From a virus: a DNA stretch of 40,447 bases. The position numbers were made by a program, and so were the translations under genes. This document shows positions 24,873 through 35,279 of the stretch, piece after piece (the stretch's first letter is position 1; every line of letters begins with the position of its first letter). Under the pieces are notes generated by a model that was not told the DNA's origin, ran no database searches, and worked only from the letters and a program-made list of their open reading frames with translations. The stretch lies in IMG/VR virus record IMGVR_UViG_3300050505_000427; one strand, 5' to 3'.

Positions 24873-26141
24873 ATGGCAGCAGAAGTAACTTTAGAACAGT
24901 TACAGGGTATGGCCAAAGAAGTCTATGCAGATAGCTTCGAGGACCTTATTCCGGAACATGTTTATCTATTAAAAATGATCCCTTTCAAAGAATCCGAAAA
25001 ACTCGGCTTCGCCTACAACGAACCCGTTGTGGTTAGCGAGTCTCAAGGCGTGACCTATGGTGGCCCAGAAGACGACGCAATGACCCTTAATCCCCCGATT
25101 GCTACCTCGACCCGCAATGCGCGCGTTCGCGGCAGTCAAATCGTGGCTCGCGATCAAATCGGCTACAAAGCAGCCGCTTCACTCGTAGCGAAAGGCCCTA
25201 AAGCTTTCGTTAACGGCACGGAGCATGTTATTCGCCAGCTTCTCAAGACTTCAACTCGTCGTTTGGAGCTTATGCTCCTGTACGGCGGCTCGGGTCTCGG
25301 TGTGGCAGCGTCTAGTGCTAACCAAGCGGCTACTAAAACCCGTATTACCATTCAAACTAAGCAATGGGGTCCGGGCATTTGGGTGGGTATGAAAAATGCT
25401 CAGCTCGATGCTATCGATAACACAGACGCGGTGATTAACACCACGGGTCCATTGACTGTGGACAAAGTCGACATGGCCAATCGTAAGCTTGACCTAACCG
25501 GCGCAGCCGCGGACATCGCAGCTCTGGATACAGAGATTGCGGCGAATCCCAATACCGTGAGATTGTTCTTCCTGGGCGCTTTTGAAAAAGAAGCTCTTGG
25601 TTTGGATAAAATCATCACGACCAGCGGAACGCTGTTTGAGATCGACAATACAGTCTATGACCTGTTTCAAGGTAACCAATTCGACGCGGGCGGCGCAGCT
25701 CTTAGCTTTACCAAGTTAAGCAAGGCTGCGGGTCAGCTCGTGCCGTTTGGTGTGGAAGGTGACTTGCTCGTTATGGTTAGCCCAGCGACCTGGGAAAACC
25801 TAAATAATGACGAGGCCGGCAGTCGGCGTTATGATAGCTCTTACAAGAGCCGTCTGGCGGAAAAAGGCGTAGAGGCAATTGATTACCATTATCAAATGGG
25901 CGTCATGAGCGTTATGTCACATCCGTGCGTTAAAGAAGGCGAAGCCTTCATGGTCAAAAAGAGTGCTCTTAAGCGCGTTGGCGCTCAAGAAATCTCGATG
26001 AAAAATCCTGGCAGCGGCGATAGAATTTTCTTCGACCGTCCAGAGAATAGCTCATTTGAGATCCGCACCTATTGCGATCAGGCTATCTTCAGCGATCATC
26101 CATCATGGTTGCTCAAGATCATTAATATCGTTAATAGCTAA
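24873..26141 (+). CDS. Major capsid protein (HK97-fold expected)
   Basis: 422 aa following the scaffold gene. AGGAG Shine-Dalgarno sequence. A strong hairpin lies downstream. Confidence 0.85.
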   Translation: MAAEVTLEQLQGMAKEVYADSFEDLIPEHVYLLKMIPFKESEKLGFAYNEPVVVSESQGVTYGGPEDDAMTLNPPIATSTRNARVRGSQIVARDQIGYKAAASLVAKGPKAFVNGTEHVIRQLLKTSTRRLELMLLYGGSGLGVAASSANQAATKTRITIQTKQWGPGIWVGMKNAQLDAIDNTDAVINTTGPLTVDKVDMANRKLDLTGAAADIAALDTEIAANPNTVRLFFLGAFEKEALGLDKIITTSGTLFEIDNTVYDLFQGNQFDAGGAALSFTKLSKAAGQLVPFGVEGDLLVMVSPATWENLNNDEAGSRRYDSSYKSRLAEKGVEAIDYHYQMGVMSVMSHPCVKEGEAFMVKKSALKRVGAQEISMKNPGSGDRIFFDRPENSSFEIRTYCDQAIFSDHPSWLLKIINIVNS

Positions 26142-26157
26142 TCGCTATGCGATTAAG

Positions 26158-26179
26158 GGGGCAGGCGCGAGCCTGCCCC
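26158..26179 (+). terminator. GC-rich hairpin after the capsid gene
   Basis: GGGGCAGGC (26158-26166) pairs with GCCTGCCCC (26171-26179) around loop GCGA. The U-tract is weak. Confidence 0.45.
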
Positions 26180-26243
26180 TACACTCAGATACTCTAGCAA
26201 ATAGAGTCTCTCAATGTAGTCAAAAAAGGAGTCTTACGCCAGT

Positions 26244-27350
26244 ATGCCTACGAATCTTACCGTTAATGGACAAACCTTCGCATACCCCGTTCCCCGTGAT
26301 GAAAATTGGGGACCGGCCGCTACCGGCTGGGCTAGCGCAGTCACGGCGCTAATAGCGCATCTGCGTTCGCCGGGAACGCCTTTGGCGTCCACCGGCCAAA
26401 TTCGTTTCAGCAATGCTGATAGCATTGCATGGCGCAACTTCACCAACACGCTAAACATGGAACTCTTCGTTGACAGCAACGATGATCTTATCTTTAACGA
26501 TGGCACCACGGATATTAACCTAACGCTCGCGGCCGCGGGCAACGTCCAGAACAACACCGGTAGCACAGACAATGCAATCGCACGCTACGATGGCACGGGG
26601 GGAACTGTTATCCAGGATAGCGGAGTCATCATCGATGATAGCGACAATGTCTTGGTACCTGGCTCCATAACTTTTAGTGCCGACGCAGTGGACCTTGCTA
26701 AAGCCCTAGTTCCCATTGGCACGGTAGTGCCGCATTATGACTTTAACGGAGACCTAGTCCCTGATAGTACCTACTGGAAACCTTGCGACGGCGGAACCTA
26801 TACCATTGGCGGCAGTAGCCGCGTTACCCCTGACCTAAGCGGGCGCTATATTGTTGGCTTTGGCACGGATGGCGGCGGCGATAACCACAGCGCGGCGTGG
26901 GCGACGACTCCTGTCGGTAATGCCGGGCATACTGTTGATCTCTCGCATACTCATACTTTAGCACATACGCATCCAGTAGATCCCCCAAGCACAAGCACTA
27001 GCAGCAATGGCGCCCATACGCATGACGAAGGAAGTCTATATGCTCAGATTGGTCTGCCTTCAACACCAACAACTCGCTTAGACTTTTTTGAAGTAACCGG
27101 GCTAAGCGCGTGGAACTCAACACGGCGTTGCGCAGTTACGAACGATGACTCCGGAGCCGGCGGTGCATTCACGGTCGGGATCAAGGTAGACGGTACTACC
27201 GCTAGCAACGGCGCACATACACATACCGTAGATATCGCCTCGTTTACCAGTGGAGCGGCCAGTACCAGTGACACAGGGACTGCACTTAGCTCGACCCAGA
27301 GCATCCAACCGAGATCCATTAGATTTCGCTTTTACATGAGGGCAAAGTAG
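26244..27350 (+). CDS. Tail fibre protein with a phage tail-collar domain and His-x-His motifs
   Basis: VPIGTVVPHY...WKPCDGG...TPDLSGRYIVG (collar-like). HTHTLAHTHP, GAHTHD and GAHTHTVD. C-terminal QPRSIRFRFYMRAK. Confidence 0.8.
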   Translation: MPTNLTVNGQTFAYPVPRDENWGPAATGWASAVTALIAHLRSPGTPLASTGQIRFSNADSIAWRNFTNTLNMELFVDSNDDLIFNDGTTDINLTLAAAGNVQNNTGSTDNAIARYDGTGGTVIQDSGVIIDDSDNVLVPGSITFSADAVDLAKALVPIGTVVPHYDFNGDLVPDSTYWKPCDGGTYTIGGSSRVTPDLSGRYIVGFGTDGGGDNHSAAWATTPVGNAGHTVDLSHTHTLAHTHPVDPPSTSTSSNGAHTHDEGSLYAQIGLPSTPTTRLDFFEVTGLSAWNSTRRCAVTNDDSGAGGAFTVGIKVDGTTASNGAHTHTVDIASFTSGAASTSDTGTALSSTQSIQPRSIRFRFYMRAK

Positions 27351-27357
27351 GCTTAAT

Positions 27358-27609
27358 ATGTTTGGTTGGACTAAACCTAAAATAGATCAAAGCTGCCCAG
27401 ATTTTTGGACTGTACAGATCGAGTATCTGAACGGGAAGAGTGAGGCTCTTCAAGTCGTGTGGCAAAGTAGTCTTAGCGAGATAATCGCTTTCCGCACGAC
27501 AGATGATACGTTTGTTTATGTTCCGCGTAGCAGCGTAAGCGCGCTGCGGATGGATAAAGCCTACACCCAGATTATTGAAATGAATAAGGAGAAAAAAGAT
27601 GGAAAGTAA
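27358..27609 (+). CDS. Hypothetical protein
   Basis: 83-aa ORF. Confidence 0.6.
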   Translation: MFGWTKPKIDQSCPDFWTVQIEYLNGKSEALQVVWQSSLSEIIAFRTTDDTFVYVPRSSVSALRMDKAYTQIIEMNKEKKDGK

Positions 27610-27772
27610 AAAACGCTCTGCCCTGGATCGCGTTAGAGATTTTTTTCTAGGTCACGTAGAGAATCCCATGGAAGAGGTTCGCAAAGCAGAACCTTGTTAT
27701 GACCGCAATGGCAACGAGCTCTCGCCTGAAGAGTGCGCCGCAAAGCGCAAAAAAGAGGCAGAGGCTGAGTAA
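27599..27772 (+). CDS. Small hypothetical protein (57 aa)
   Basis: MESKKRSALDRVRDFFLGHVENPMEE... TAATG overlap with the next gene. Confidence 0.45.
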   Translation: MESKKRSALDRVRDFFLGHVENPMEEVRKAEPCYDRNGNELSPEECAAKRKKEAEAE

Positions 27773-28713
27773 TGAGCCGCTTTACGACAGATAAGCTAGT
27801 TAGCGACATTCGCAGACGCGGTTCTATCCCCGAGACCCCGCAAACGCCTAGTGATGACGAACTAATAGCTTTTATGAATGATGCACAGGACTTGGCATTG
27901 ATTCCGGCTGTTCTCGCAGCAAAAGAAGAGTTTTTCGTCGCGAATAAAGACTATACCATTGGCAGCGAGCGAGAATTTATACTGCCAGAGCGAACCCTGG
28001 GACAGCGCCTGCGCATGGTTCAGATCCTGGATGCTAATGGTCATGTCATCTCGCATCTTCCACGCTTTCAACCTGAGATTGGCCAGAGTTTTAATAGCAA
28101 CAGTATAAATGGCTTTCTAGCCGTTAACCGTGTGGGCTATATGTTCGAGGCCAATAAGGTCATTCTACTAGGCAGCGGCGACCAAGCCGGGCCTACCTTG
28201 CGACTGAAATATTATAAACGCCCCGGTTATCTAGTCAATCTTGTAGAGGCGGGTCAGATTGTATCGATTGATCCCATGACCGGAGAGATTCAGCTGGATA
28301 AAGCGGTTTCTAGCTTTGTGCCTGGCGCAATAGTGGATGTGATTGCCCAGACGAGTCCCTTTGACACTACCGCAGAGGATATTGCGATAGTTACTGCCGC
28401 AGGCTTTGCGATTGAGATCTCGCCTGCGACGGCCGCAACACTGGCCGTAGGAGACTGGGTTTGCTTGGCGGGAGAAACAGTTATCCCCCAGTGGCCTAGA
28501 GAACTACACCCGCTGTTCATCCAGTATACCTTAATGAAAGTTCTTGACAGTCTCAACAGAGGGCAGATGAGTCAGGCGATGGCAAAAGACTTTGAGCTTC
28601 TTATGGGTAATCTTAGTCTTTACATTGACGATAGGGACGATGGTAGTCCGCAGGTCATTCGCACCGAGGATGGCCTTTTCGATTACTTCGACGATGCATG
28701 GTACAATCGCTAA
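27772..28713 (+). CDS. Virion protein, putative tail tubular protein A/adaptor
   Basis: 313 aa immediately upstream of the gp12-like gene. Called on position only. Confidence 0.4.
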   Translation: MSRFTTDKLVSDIRRRGSIPETPQTPSDDELIAFMNDAQDLALIPAVLAAKEEFFVANKDYTIGSEREFILPERTLGQRLRMVQILDANGHVISHLPRFQPEIGQSFNSNSINGFLAVNRVGYMFEANKVILLGSGDQAGPTLRLKYYKRPGYLVNLVEAGQIVSIDPMTGEIQLDKAVSSFVPGAIVDVIAQTSPFDTTAEDIAIVTAAGFAIEISPATAATLAVGDWVCLAGETVIPQWPRELHPLFIQYTLMKVLDSLNRGQMSQAMAKDFELLMGNLSLYIDDRDDGSPQVIRTEDGLFDYFDDAWYNR

Positions 28714-31109
28714 AGCTTACCATTCAGGGACTTTACAGTCACCCCAACCCGCTAAGTAATGTTCCGCAGGGCGCCCTGACGATAGCGGATAATCTTGTTA
28801 TTGATCGTCCTGGTGAGGCCAGCAGTCGCAGAGGACTAAAGCAATTTAATCCTACTCTTACGGGCATCAAAAAGTTCTATAGCTTCGTAGGTAAGCTCTT
28901 GGCCCTTACGGCCACCACACTCTACCGCGATAATGCTAGCGCATGGACTTCAATTGGGAGCTTGGCTGCGCCAACGGGTGCCATAAAGGTAAATAGTTTC
29001 CAACAAAACCAGGCCATTCATTTTCTTAGTGATGCCGGTAGCAAAGTTCTCGATAGCCTTACTGGAAGCCTGACTGCTAGCGGTGTCGCGCCAGCTATTG
29101 AGATAACCGGTGCGCTTAGCAGTGCAGGAAGCGGATTTTTTACAAATAATACTCAAGTCGCGTATCGGGTCGTGTTTGGCCGCAGAGATGCGAATGGGTT
29201 TCTCTTGCTGGGTGCGCCAAGCGCGCGGCTCGTCATGACTAACACTAGCGGTAGCGCGGATACTACCGCTATTACCTTCTCTCTCCCTAGTGCGCAGCTT
29301 TCTACGGATCATTTTTGGCAGCTCTATCGGAGCTTTGTCTCCGTGAACCAGACTGCTGACCCAGGTGATGAACTACAGCTCGTTATTGAAAAGCCCATTG
29401 CTAGCGGCGATCTCACGGCTGGCCTAATAACCTTTACTGACACAAGAGCGGAAGCGGATCTAGGAGCGCTACTCTATACTAGTCCCTCGCAGGATGGTAT
29501 CGCTCAAGCTAATCGCCGGCCTCCACTGGCTGTGGATGCGGCTGAGTTTAAACAATGTGCTTTCTATGCCAATACTAAGCTTAGACCCAATATCGAAGTC
29601 ACGCTAATTGCCCAACCGACTATTAATGATACTTTTGTTATTACCCGGGGGGTCTCGACCTTTACCTATACCGCTAAGGCACTCGAAAACGTTGCTGCGC
29701 ATCAGTTTGCCATTGGCGCGACCTTGGCAGCAACAGTAGAGAGCCTGATTCGTGTGATTGCTCGAGATACGACGAACAAAAAGGTTTTTGGATACGCCAC
29801 AGATGGGGCCACTGTGTTTTTTGAAGCCGCGGAGTTCGCGGATACTTTCTCGCTCTCAGTGACCGGAGCGACGATTGCCTTTAATCTGGCTACTATGGTT
29901 AGTAGTTCCGATGAGCATAACAATCGCGTTTATATTTCGCGGCAGGGGTTGCCTCAGGCAGTTCCTACCATTAGCTTTTTAGACCTGGGCTCTAGCCGCG
30001 CAGCGGTCTTGCGGGTGATCGCTAACCGCGATGCTGTGTTCTTTCTTAAGGAAGACGGGATCTTTAGAGTAACTGGATTTGGGCCGGATAGCTTTGTGGC
30101 AGAGGTTCATGATAGCACGCTCTTTTTACGTGGACCGGAGACAGCGGTGCTGGTTGATAATAGCATTTTTTGTATGACCACGCAGGGACCAGTAGCAATT
30201 GATCTTAGTGGAAAGACTTTTATAGGTCGCCAAATTGAAAGCGAGTTGCTACAGAGAAGTCAGCTTAGTAACTTTACTTCTCTGGCATATGGGATTAGCT
30301 ATACCAGCGATAGGAAGTATATGCTAGCCATGCCGGCAACGGCGAGTGAAACGGTTCCTAGCGAGATTTTTGTTTATAGCTATCTAACGGGAGCGTGGAC
30401 CAAATGGCCTCTTAGCATGCGCCAGGGACTCGTTCATAGTGAACTTCTTTATCTCGCTCGCGCAGCGGATGACCAAGCGCTTCAAGAACGCAAAGCCTTT
30501 ACTGATTTTGATTTCGCAGACGATGAGTATACCGTGAATATAACTGGCGTGAGTGGGGACGAAGTCACTGTGACAAGCGTTCCGACGGGAGTGGTAGTAG
30601 GGATGACGCTGGTCCAGGGATTTTTAGAGGATGTGATTGTAGAAATCGTGGGAACAACTCTTACCTTGCGACATAGCTATGTTTGGAGTAATGGCGCGGC
30701 AACCGTTTACACGCCTATTCTCAATAAACTTATGTTCTCAATTGAAGCGATGGATAACCCGGGGGTTGTAAAACAACTCAGTGATGCAAGTTATCTTTTC
30801 CGGGATGCGCGGTTTGATACTGCCACGGCCCTCACGGCAAGTAATTTTAGCAATGGGACTGCAAGCTCGACGTTAGAGAGTCCCTCTAAGGGACCGTGGG
30901 GATTCTTTCCTTGGGGTGAAGCGCCTTGGGGCGGACTCCCGGGCGGGTTCCAGGCGCTACGGATGTATTTCCCGACTGCTGTTAATATGGGGCATTGGTT
31001 TGAGTTTGGCCTGGAGCTAGAGCAAGCTTTTAATGCATTCTCCTTCCTCGGCATGAGCGTGACCGCGGAAGTAGGCTTCACAGACTTTAGGATTAGCCGT
31101 GGTCAATAG
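28698..31109 (+). CDS. Tail tubular protein B-like (nozzle)
   Basis: 803 aa. The N-terminus QGLYSHPNPLSNVPQGALTIADNLVIDRPGEASSRRG resembles the T7 gp12 N-terminal pattern, from memory. Confidence 0.6.
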   Translation: MVQSLKLTIQGLYSHPNPLSNVPQGALTIADNLVIDRPGEASSRRGLKQFNPTLTGIKKFYSFVGKLLALTATTLYRDNASAWTSIGSLAAPTGAIKVNSFQQNQAIHFLSDAGSKVLDSLTGSLTASGVAPAIEITGALSSAGSGFFTNNTQVAYRVVFGRRDANGFLLLGAPSARLVMTNTSGSADTTAITFSLPSAQLSTDHFWQLYRSFVSVNQTADPGDELQLVIEKPIASGDLTAGLITFTDTRAEADLGALLYTSPSQDGIAQANRRPPLAVDAAEFKQCAFYANTKLRPNIEVTLIAQPTINDTFVITRGVSTFTYTAKALENVAAHQFAIGATLAATVESLIRVIARDTTNKKVFGYATDGATVFFEAAEFADTFSLSVTGATIAFNLATMVSSSDEHNNRVYISRQGLPQAVPTISFLDLGSSRAAVLRVIANRDAVFFLKEDGIFRVTGFGPDSFVAEVHDSTLFLRGPETAVLVDNSIFCMTTQGPVAIDLSGKTFIGRQIESELLQRSQLSNFTSLAYGISYTSDRKYMLAMPATASETVPSEIFVYSYLTGAWTKWPLSMRQGLVHSELLYLARAADDQALQERKAFTDFDFADDEYTVNITGVSGDEVTVTSVPTGVVVGMTLVQGFLEDVIVEIVGTTLTLRHSYVWSNGAATVYTPILNKLMFSIEAMDNPGVVKQLSDASYLFRDARFDTATALTASNFSNGTASSTLESPSKGPWGFFPWGEAPWGGLPGGFQALRMYFPTAVNMGHWFEFGLELEQAFNAFSFLGMSVTAEVGFTDFRISRGQ

Positions 31110-31485
31110 TAAGCTTCCCACGCATAGAAGGATATTTAAAGGCGACCTTGGTCCAGAGGCGCCAAGCTGGATAGATAAGCTTCTTTATCCTTTGAATGCG
31201 TTTATGCAAGCAACAGTCGCACTATTGCAGGGCAGAATTGAGATAGAAGAGAATGTGAAGGCTCGTTTTATGGATATACAAGTAAACGGGACAAATTCTA
31301 GCTTTTCGTTTATCAATCCTCTTGATCGCTCGCTTAGGGGACTGATTTTAGTTCAGGCCTCTGGCCTGACTAGCGGGAATGCCATTGGCGTTAGCCAGTG
31401 GATTGAGGTAGGCGGGCAGATTATTGGAACTATCGAGGGGCTAACTGCGGGAACAGACTATACTTTGAGTTTACTGGTGTTTTAA
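31099..31485 (+). CDS. Hypothetical virion protein
   Basis: 128-aa ORF. GTG start 6 nt after AGGA. Confidence 0.55.
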   Translation: MVNSKLPTHRRIFKGDLGPEAPSWIDKLLYPLNAFMQATVALLQGRIEIEENVKARFMDIQVNGTNSSFSFINPLDRSLRGLILVQASGLTSGNAIGVSQWIEVGGQIIGTIEGLTAGTDYTLSLLVF

Positions 31486-31847
31486 TGGATATCAGACTTT
31501 ACGAATCGGAGAGAGATTACGCGACGCTAGCGGAATGGTACAGAGAATATGGCTCTAGGGTACCTGCCCCGGAGGATCTTCCGTTACTGGGCGTTGTCTG
31601 CGACAGCGCTATGATGTTTTTGAGGCTTGCGGAGGGCAAGATTGGTCTGCTAGAGGCCGTTGTAGTGAAGAAAGGAACAGAAAGGGATGAGGTCTTAACT
31701 GCGCTGCTAGAGGCAATCCACGCGGTAGCCAAAGCTAATGGCCTGACGCGTCTGCTAGGCTATAGCAAGATCCCAGCGCTTGTAAAACGCGCTGAGGACC
31801 TGGGTTGGACCGTAGCTCCGCATAAACTTCTTACCATAAGGGTATAA
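31485..31847 (+). CDS. Hypothetical protein, possibly with a GNAT-like acetyltransferase fold
   Basis: 120 aa. LLEAVVVKKGTERDEVLTALLEAIHAVAKANGLTRLLGY loosely fits the GNAT beta4-alpha3 region. TAATG coupling. Confidence 0.35.
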   Translation: MDIRLYESERDYATLAEWYREYGSRVPAPEDLPLLGVVCDSAMMFLRLAEGKIGLLEAVVVKKGTERDEVLTALLEAIHAVAKANGLTRLLGYSKIPALVKRAEDLGWTVAPHKLLTIRV

Positions 31848-31848
31848 A

Positions 31849-32811
31849 ATGAGTGATTTTACAGATTTATTAGGCCCTGTCGGTGATGCCTACACGAATC
31901 TAACCGATATCGTTACGCAACCTCTCGGAATTAGCGAAAGTGAACAGGCTAAGGCGCTAAAAAGAGCGGGGCGATCGCTGGAACAGATCCAGGCTCCTAC
32001 TCTCACTCCGCTAGAACTTGGCTCTGTGGGGGATTATAGAGATTTTATGGCCCCGCAAGGCCAGAGCGCTCTTACAAATGCTTCGCCAGAGGCTAAAGCG
32101 GCGCAACTAGCGGCCCTTCAGCGGTTACAGCAAGAGAGTCAGCTTGGTACGGCCCTTACTCCGGAAGAACAGGCTAATCTCGCTAATGTTCGGGCGCGCG
32201 AAGCGACCGTGCAACAGGGCGAACGCGGGGCAATAATGCAAAATGCTGCGCAGCGGGGGCTTGGCAGCAGTGGACTAACCCTAGATTCGCTATTGCGTAG
32301 CAACCAAGCGAGTGCCGCGAACAGATCGCTTGAAGATGTGAACATAGCCGCGCAAGCGCGTCAGCGTGCGATGGATGCTCTTTTGAATAGTAGCACGCTA
32401 GCGGGCAATATTCGCGGGCAGGATTATCAAGCGGCCGGGGCACAAGATGTCATTAATCGTTTTAATGCTGGATTGATGAGTGATGCGGGACAGCAAGAGC
32501 TTGCTAAGAGACAGCAGATCGAGAACCTTAATCGTGCGGCTAGGAATGATCTTCCACTGCAACAGTATCAGCTAGACTTTGGCCGGAGACAGGATATTAA
32601 TGCGCCGAATATTGCTGCGGGGAATGCTAGAACAAATCAATTGACGGGTGCTTTTGATCGAATTGCTAATTTTGCTACCGGCGTTGCAACGGGCGGCGCT
32701 AGTGGAATGGTAAAGCCTGGATATACCCCTACCATGCCCACCGATACACTAGAAAATATTGCACCAACTTATCAAGGTATGGGTAGAAAATTTAATATTG
32801 GAGGCTATTAA
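31849..32811 (+). CDS. Internal virion/ejection protein candidate
   Basis: 320 aa, Gln/Ala/Asn-rich, downstream of the tail tube genes. Confidence 0.5.
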   Translation: MSDFTDLLGPVGDAYTNLTDIVTQPLGISESEQAKALKRAGRSLEQIQAPTLTPLELGSVGDYRDFMAPQGQSALTNASPEAKAAQLAALQRLQQESQLGTALTPEEQANLANVRAREATVQQGERGAIMQNAAQRGLGSSGLTLDSLLRSNQASAANRSLEDVNIAAQARQRAMDALLNSSTLAGNIRGQDYQAAGAQDVINRFNAGLMSDAGQQELAKRQQIENLNRAARNDLPLQQYQLDFGRRQDINAPNIAAGNARTNQLTGAFDRIANFATGVATGGASGMVKPGYTPTMPTDTLENIAPTYQGMGRKFNIGGY

Positions 32812-32812
32812 A

Positions 32813-33853
32813 ATGCCAACGTTAGATGAACTTTTACAACAGCAAGCGGCGTTGCAGCAAGAGGCTGGGCAGGCGGCACCCGCTAAACCAGCTCCCTTGG
32901 GAGGTTTTGCTCGTGGTTTGGTTGGAATGACTGCTGGTCAGGCCGGGCAAAATCCTGCGGAAGCGGTTTTGCGAGTGGAAGCTGAGAGACAGGCTCCATA
33001 TAAGGAAGCTCTCGCAAATAAATTGCAGAGCGTTTCGACTAAGATAGCGCTGCAACAAAAAGAAGAAGATTCAAACCCCGAGAGTGGGCGGAGTCAGATT
33101 GCTCAAACGGCTTGGCTTAAGGCAGCGCTTCCTATTGCCCAACAGTTAAAGATAGACCCCAAGATTATGGAAACATATGCTACCGGACGCTCTCGCCTGC
33201 AGCTGCAGACGGAGAAACCTTATGAAGCAATCCTTCAAATTGCTAAGATGCAAAAAGAGAAAGAAAAGTCTAGCGTGGCCGCAAGTAATGACTATGACAA
33301 AGCAGCTAACGATGTGGGCAAGGCCGCTATGGCCGCGGTGGCAGGGGGCCGTGGGACTACTCAAACCGTAGGACGGTCTGTGAAGAGGGTTCAAGATGCG
33401 GAGAATATGCTACAACTTCTTAATCGCGCGATGACAACGAAAGATATTACTCCGGATAGTCCGCTGGCAACAGAATTGGCAACGGGGATAGCCTCGCTGC
33501 TGAGTGGCTCGAATGCTCCGGCGGAAAGTACCATTAGACATCTTATTCCCAAGACTGCGCAGGGAAGCCTTGCTGATATGAAACAGTATGTGACTGGTAA
33601 TCCGCAGCAATTTATTACGCCTGGACGGATGCAACAGATGAAACATACTCTTGAGAGAGAGCGGGCTTATTGGGTGCATCAACGGGAGAATTTTGGTAAA
33701 GCCTATAAGGCGTCCGTGAGTCATCACTTTAAAAGATTTCCCGAACTTGAGAAGCAATTTGATGCCACGATAGAGAGTGCGGTTAAGGAAGAGAATCCAG
33801 AGGCTAGTGATAATAGCCCAACTGTGGACACGCTTATCGGAAAGCTGAAATAA
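32813..33853 (+). CDS. Internal virion/ejection protein candidate
   Basis: Start taken at MPTLDELLQQQ, 2 nt after the upstream stop. 346 aa. Confidence 0.5.
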   Translation: MPTLDELLQQQAALQQEAGQAAPAKPAPLGGFARGLVGMTAGQAGQNPAEAVLRVEAERQAPYKEALANKLQSVSTKIALQQKEEDSNPESGRSQIAQTAWLKAALPIAQQLKIDPKIMETYATGRSRLQLQTEKPYEAILQIAKMQKEKEKSSVAASNDYDKAANDVGKAAMAAVAGGRGTTQTVGRSVKRVQDAENMLQLLNRAMTTKDITPDSPLATELATGIASLLSGSNAPAESTIRHLIPKTAQGSLADMKQYVTGNPQQFITPGRMQQMKHTLERERAYWVHQRENFGKAYKASVSHHFKRFPELEKQFDATIESAVKEENPEASDNSPTVDTLIGKLK

Positions 33854-35278
33854 ATGCCAATTGATAGAGAATATGCGAAACAGGTCTTTAGCGCTTTGCA
33901 GGAACGTGGGAACGATATGCAAGCTTTGGGAAAAGAGCTTGACAGGCTAGACCCTGCGCAGCAAGAAGAGTTTATACAGAAAGCGGGCGCGAAGGTTGGC
34001 TTGTCGGCCGTGCCGGCTGCCGCAGAAACGCCTAAAGCTGTTTCCAGTGAAGATATTCAAAAGATTAGGCAGCAAAATAAAGAACCCCAAGAAGTTCTAT
34101 ATACTCCGGAACAAATGGCCTCGCCAGAGGCCGGAGGTTTTGTGAGCGGTTTGACTAGTGGTATTGTGCCGAAGCCAGCGGGAAGTGGTTTGGGAAGCGA
34201 ATTTGCGGGTCAGATGGTCCAGGGGGCTATTTTACCGGCTAAAAAGGCCGTGGATGCGGCTACAGGGGCCATTAGCGGGTTTACCAGTACCCAAGGGTCT
34301 ATTCCACAGAAACTTGCAGGGGCTGCGGGTGGGGCGTTGTTGAGCCTGGGGTTTGGAATAGCCGCACGAGGAGCGGGAAAGTTGCTAGCCGGAGCGGGTG
34401 AGTTGCCGGAGAAAGCGGCGAGGCAGGCGGTAGGTGTTAATAGCGCGGAGCTGACGAGATTTGCTAAGAAGGGGACTAAGATTGGAAGTGAGACGGCGAA
34501 TGAGGCGATCTCAACGTTAAAGCCGAGAGGGTTATTTTCGAAAGGGACAGAGCCTCGGGCTATTCAGGAAAGTGTTTTAGGGATAAAGGATGCTGCGGGA
34601 ATGGAGTTAGATGGTCTTTTTGCTCAGCTTGATGCGAGTGGTTTCCGCGTGTCAGGGGAAGAATTGTCTAAACCTATTCGCGAGGAACTTGATAAGCTTG
34701 TTAAGTTTCAGGATGTATTTCCGGAAGAGACTAAGAGGCTGCAGGCTTTTGTGGAGACAATGTCCAAAGAGCCAGAAGTGAAAGCTAGTGAATTGCGGAA
34801 TTTGTATCAAACCTTCGGGGACCGCGCGTTTGATGCGCAGGGGAATGTGAAGGATGAGGTAGCTTTTAATATCTGGAAGAGTTTAAAGGATGCGACGGAT
34901 AATATTGCGGGTCAGGTTGGGGGCGATACTGGGAAAGCGATTGCTGAGGCAAATAAAACTATCTTTTCGGCGCATAAGATACTTCCTGGGCTCGCGAAGA
35001 AAGTGGCGGCAAAGGAGGGTGCTCCACTTGTGGGGATTATTTCGTCGCCGCTTAAGACTGCGGGAAAAGCCGTTGAAGAGGGAGCTGTTGGCAAGCTGGT
35101 AGGGAGCGCCGAGTGGATCCAGTCTAATATTAAGAAGCTAGGGAAGTTTTCGTTGCCTCTGCAGCAGGCGCTTAACCGCGGGGCGCGGAGCGTGGCTGTG
35201 ACGTGGTATCAACTGATGCAAAATCCGGAGTTTAATGATAAGGTCAATGAGTTAGAAATTAAAGAGGGGACAAAATAA
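33854..35278 (+). CDS. Internal virion/ejection protein candidate
   Basis: 474 aa, Ala/Gly/Lys-rich. Starts at the base following the upstream stop. Confidence 0.5.
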   Translation: MPIDREYAKQVFSALQERGNDMQALGKELDRLDPAQQEEFIQKAGAKVGLSAVPAAAETPKAVSSEDIQKIRQQNKEPQEVLYTPEQMASPEAGGFVSGLTSGIVPKPAGSGLGSEFAGQMVQGAILPAKKAVDAATGAISGFTSTQGSIPQKLAGAAGGALLSLGFGIAARGAGKLLAGAGELPEKAARQAVGVNSAELTRFAKKGTKIGSETANEAISTLKPRGLFSKGTEPRAIQESVLGIKDAAGMELDGLFAQLDASGFRVSGEELSKPIREELDKLVKFQDVFPEETKRLQAFVETMSKEPEVKASELRNLYQTFGDRAFDAQGNVKDEVAFNIWKSLKDATDNIAGQVGGDTGKAIAEANKTIFSAHKILPGLAKKVAAKEGAPLVGIISSPLKTAGKAVEEGAVGKLVGSAEWIQSNIKKLGKFSLPLQQALNRGARSVAVTWYQLMQNPEFNDKVNELEIKEGTK

Positions 35279-35279
35279 A

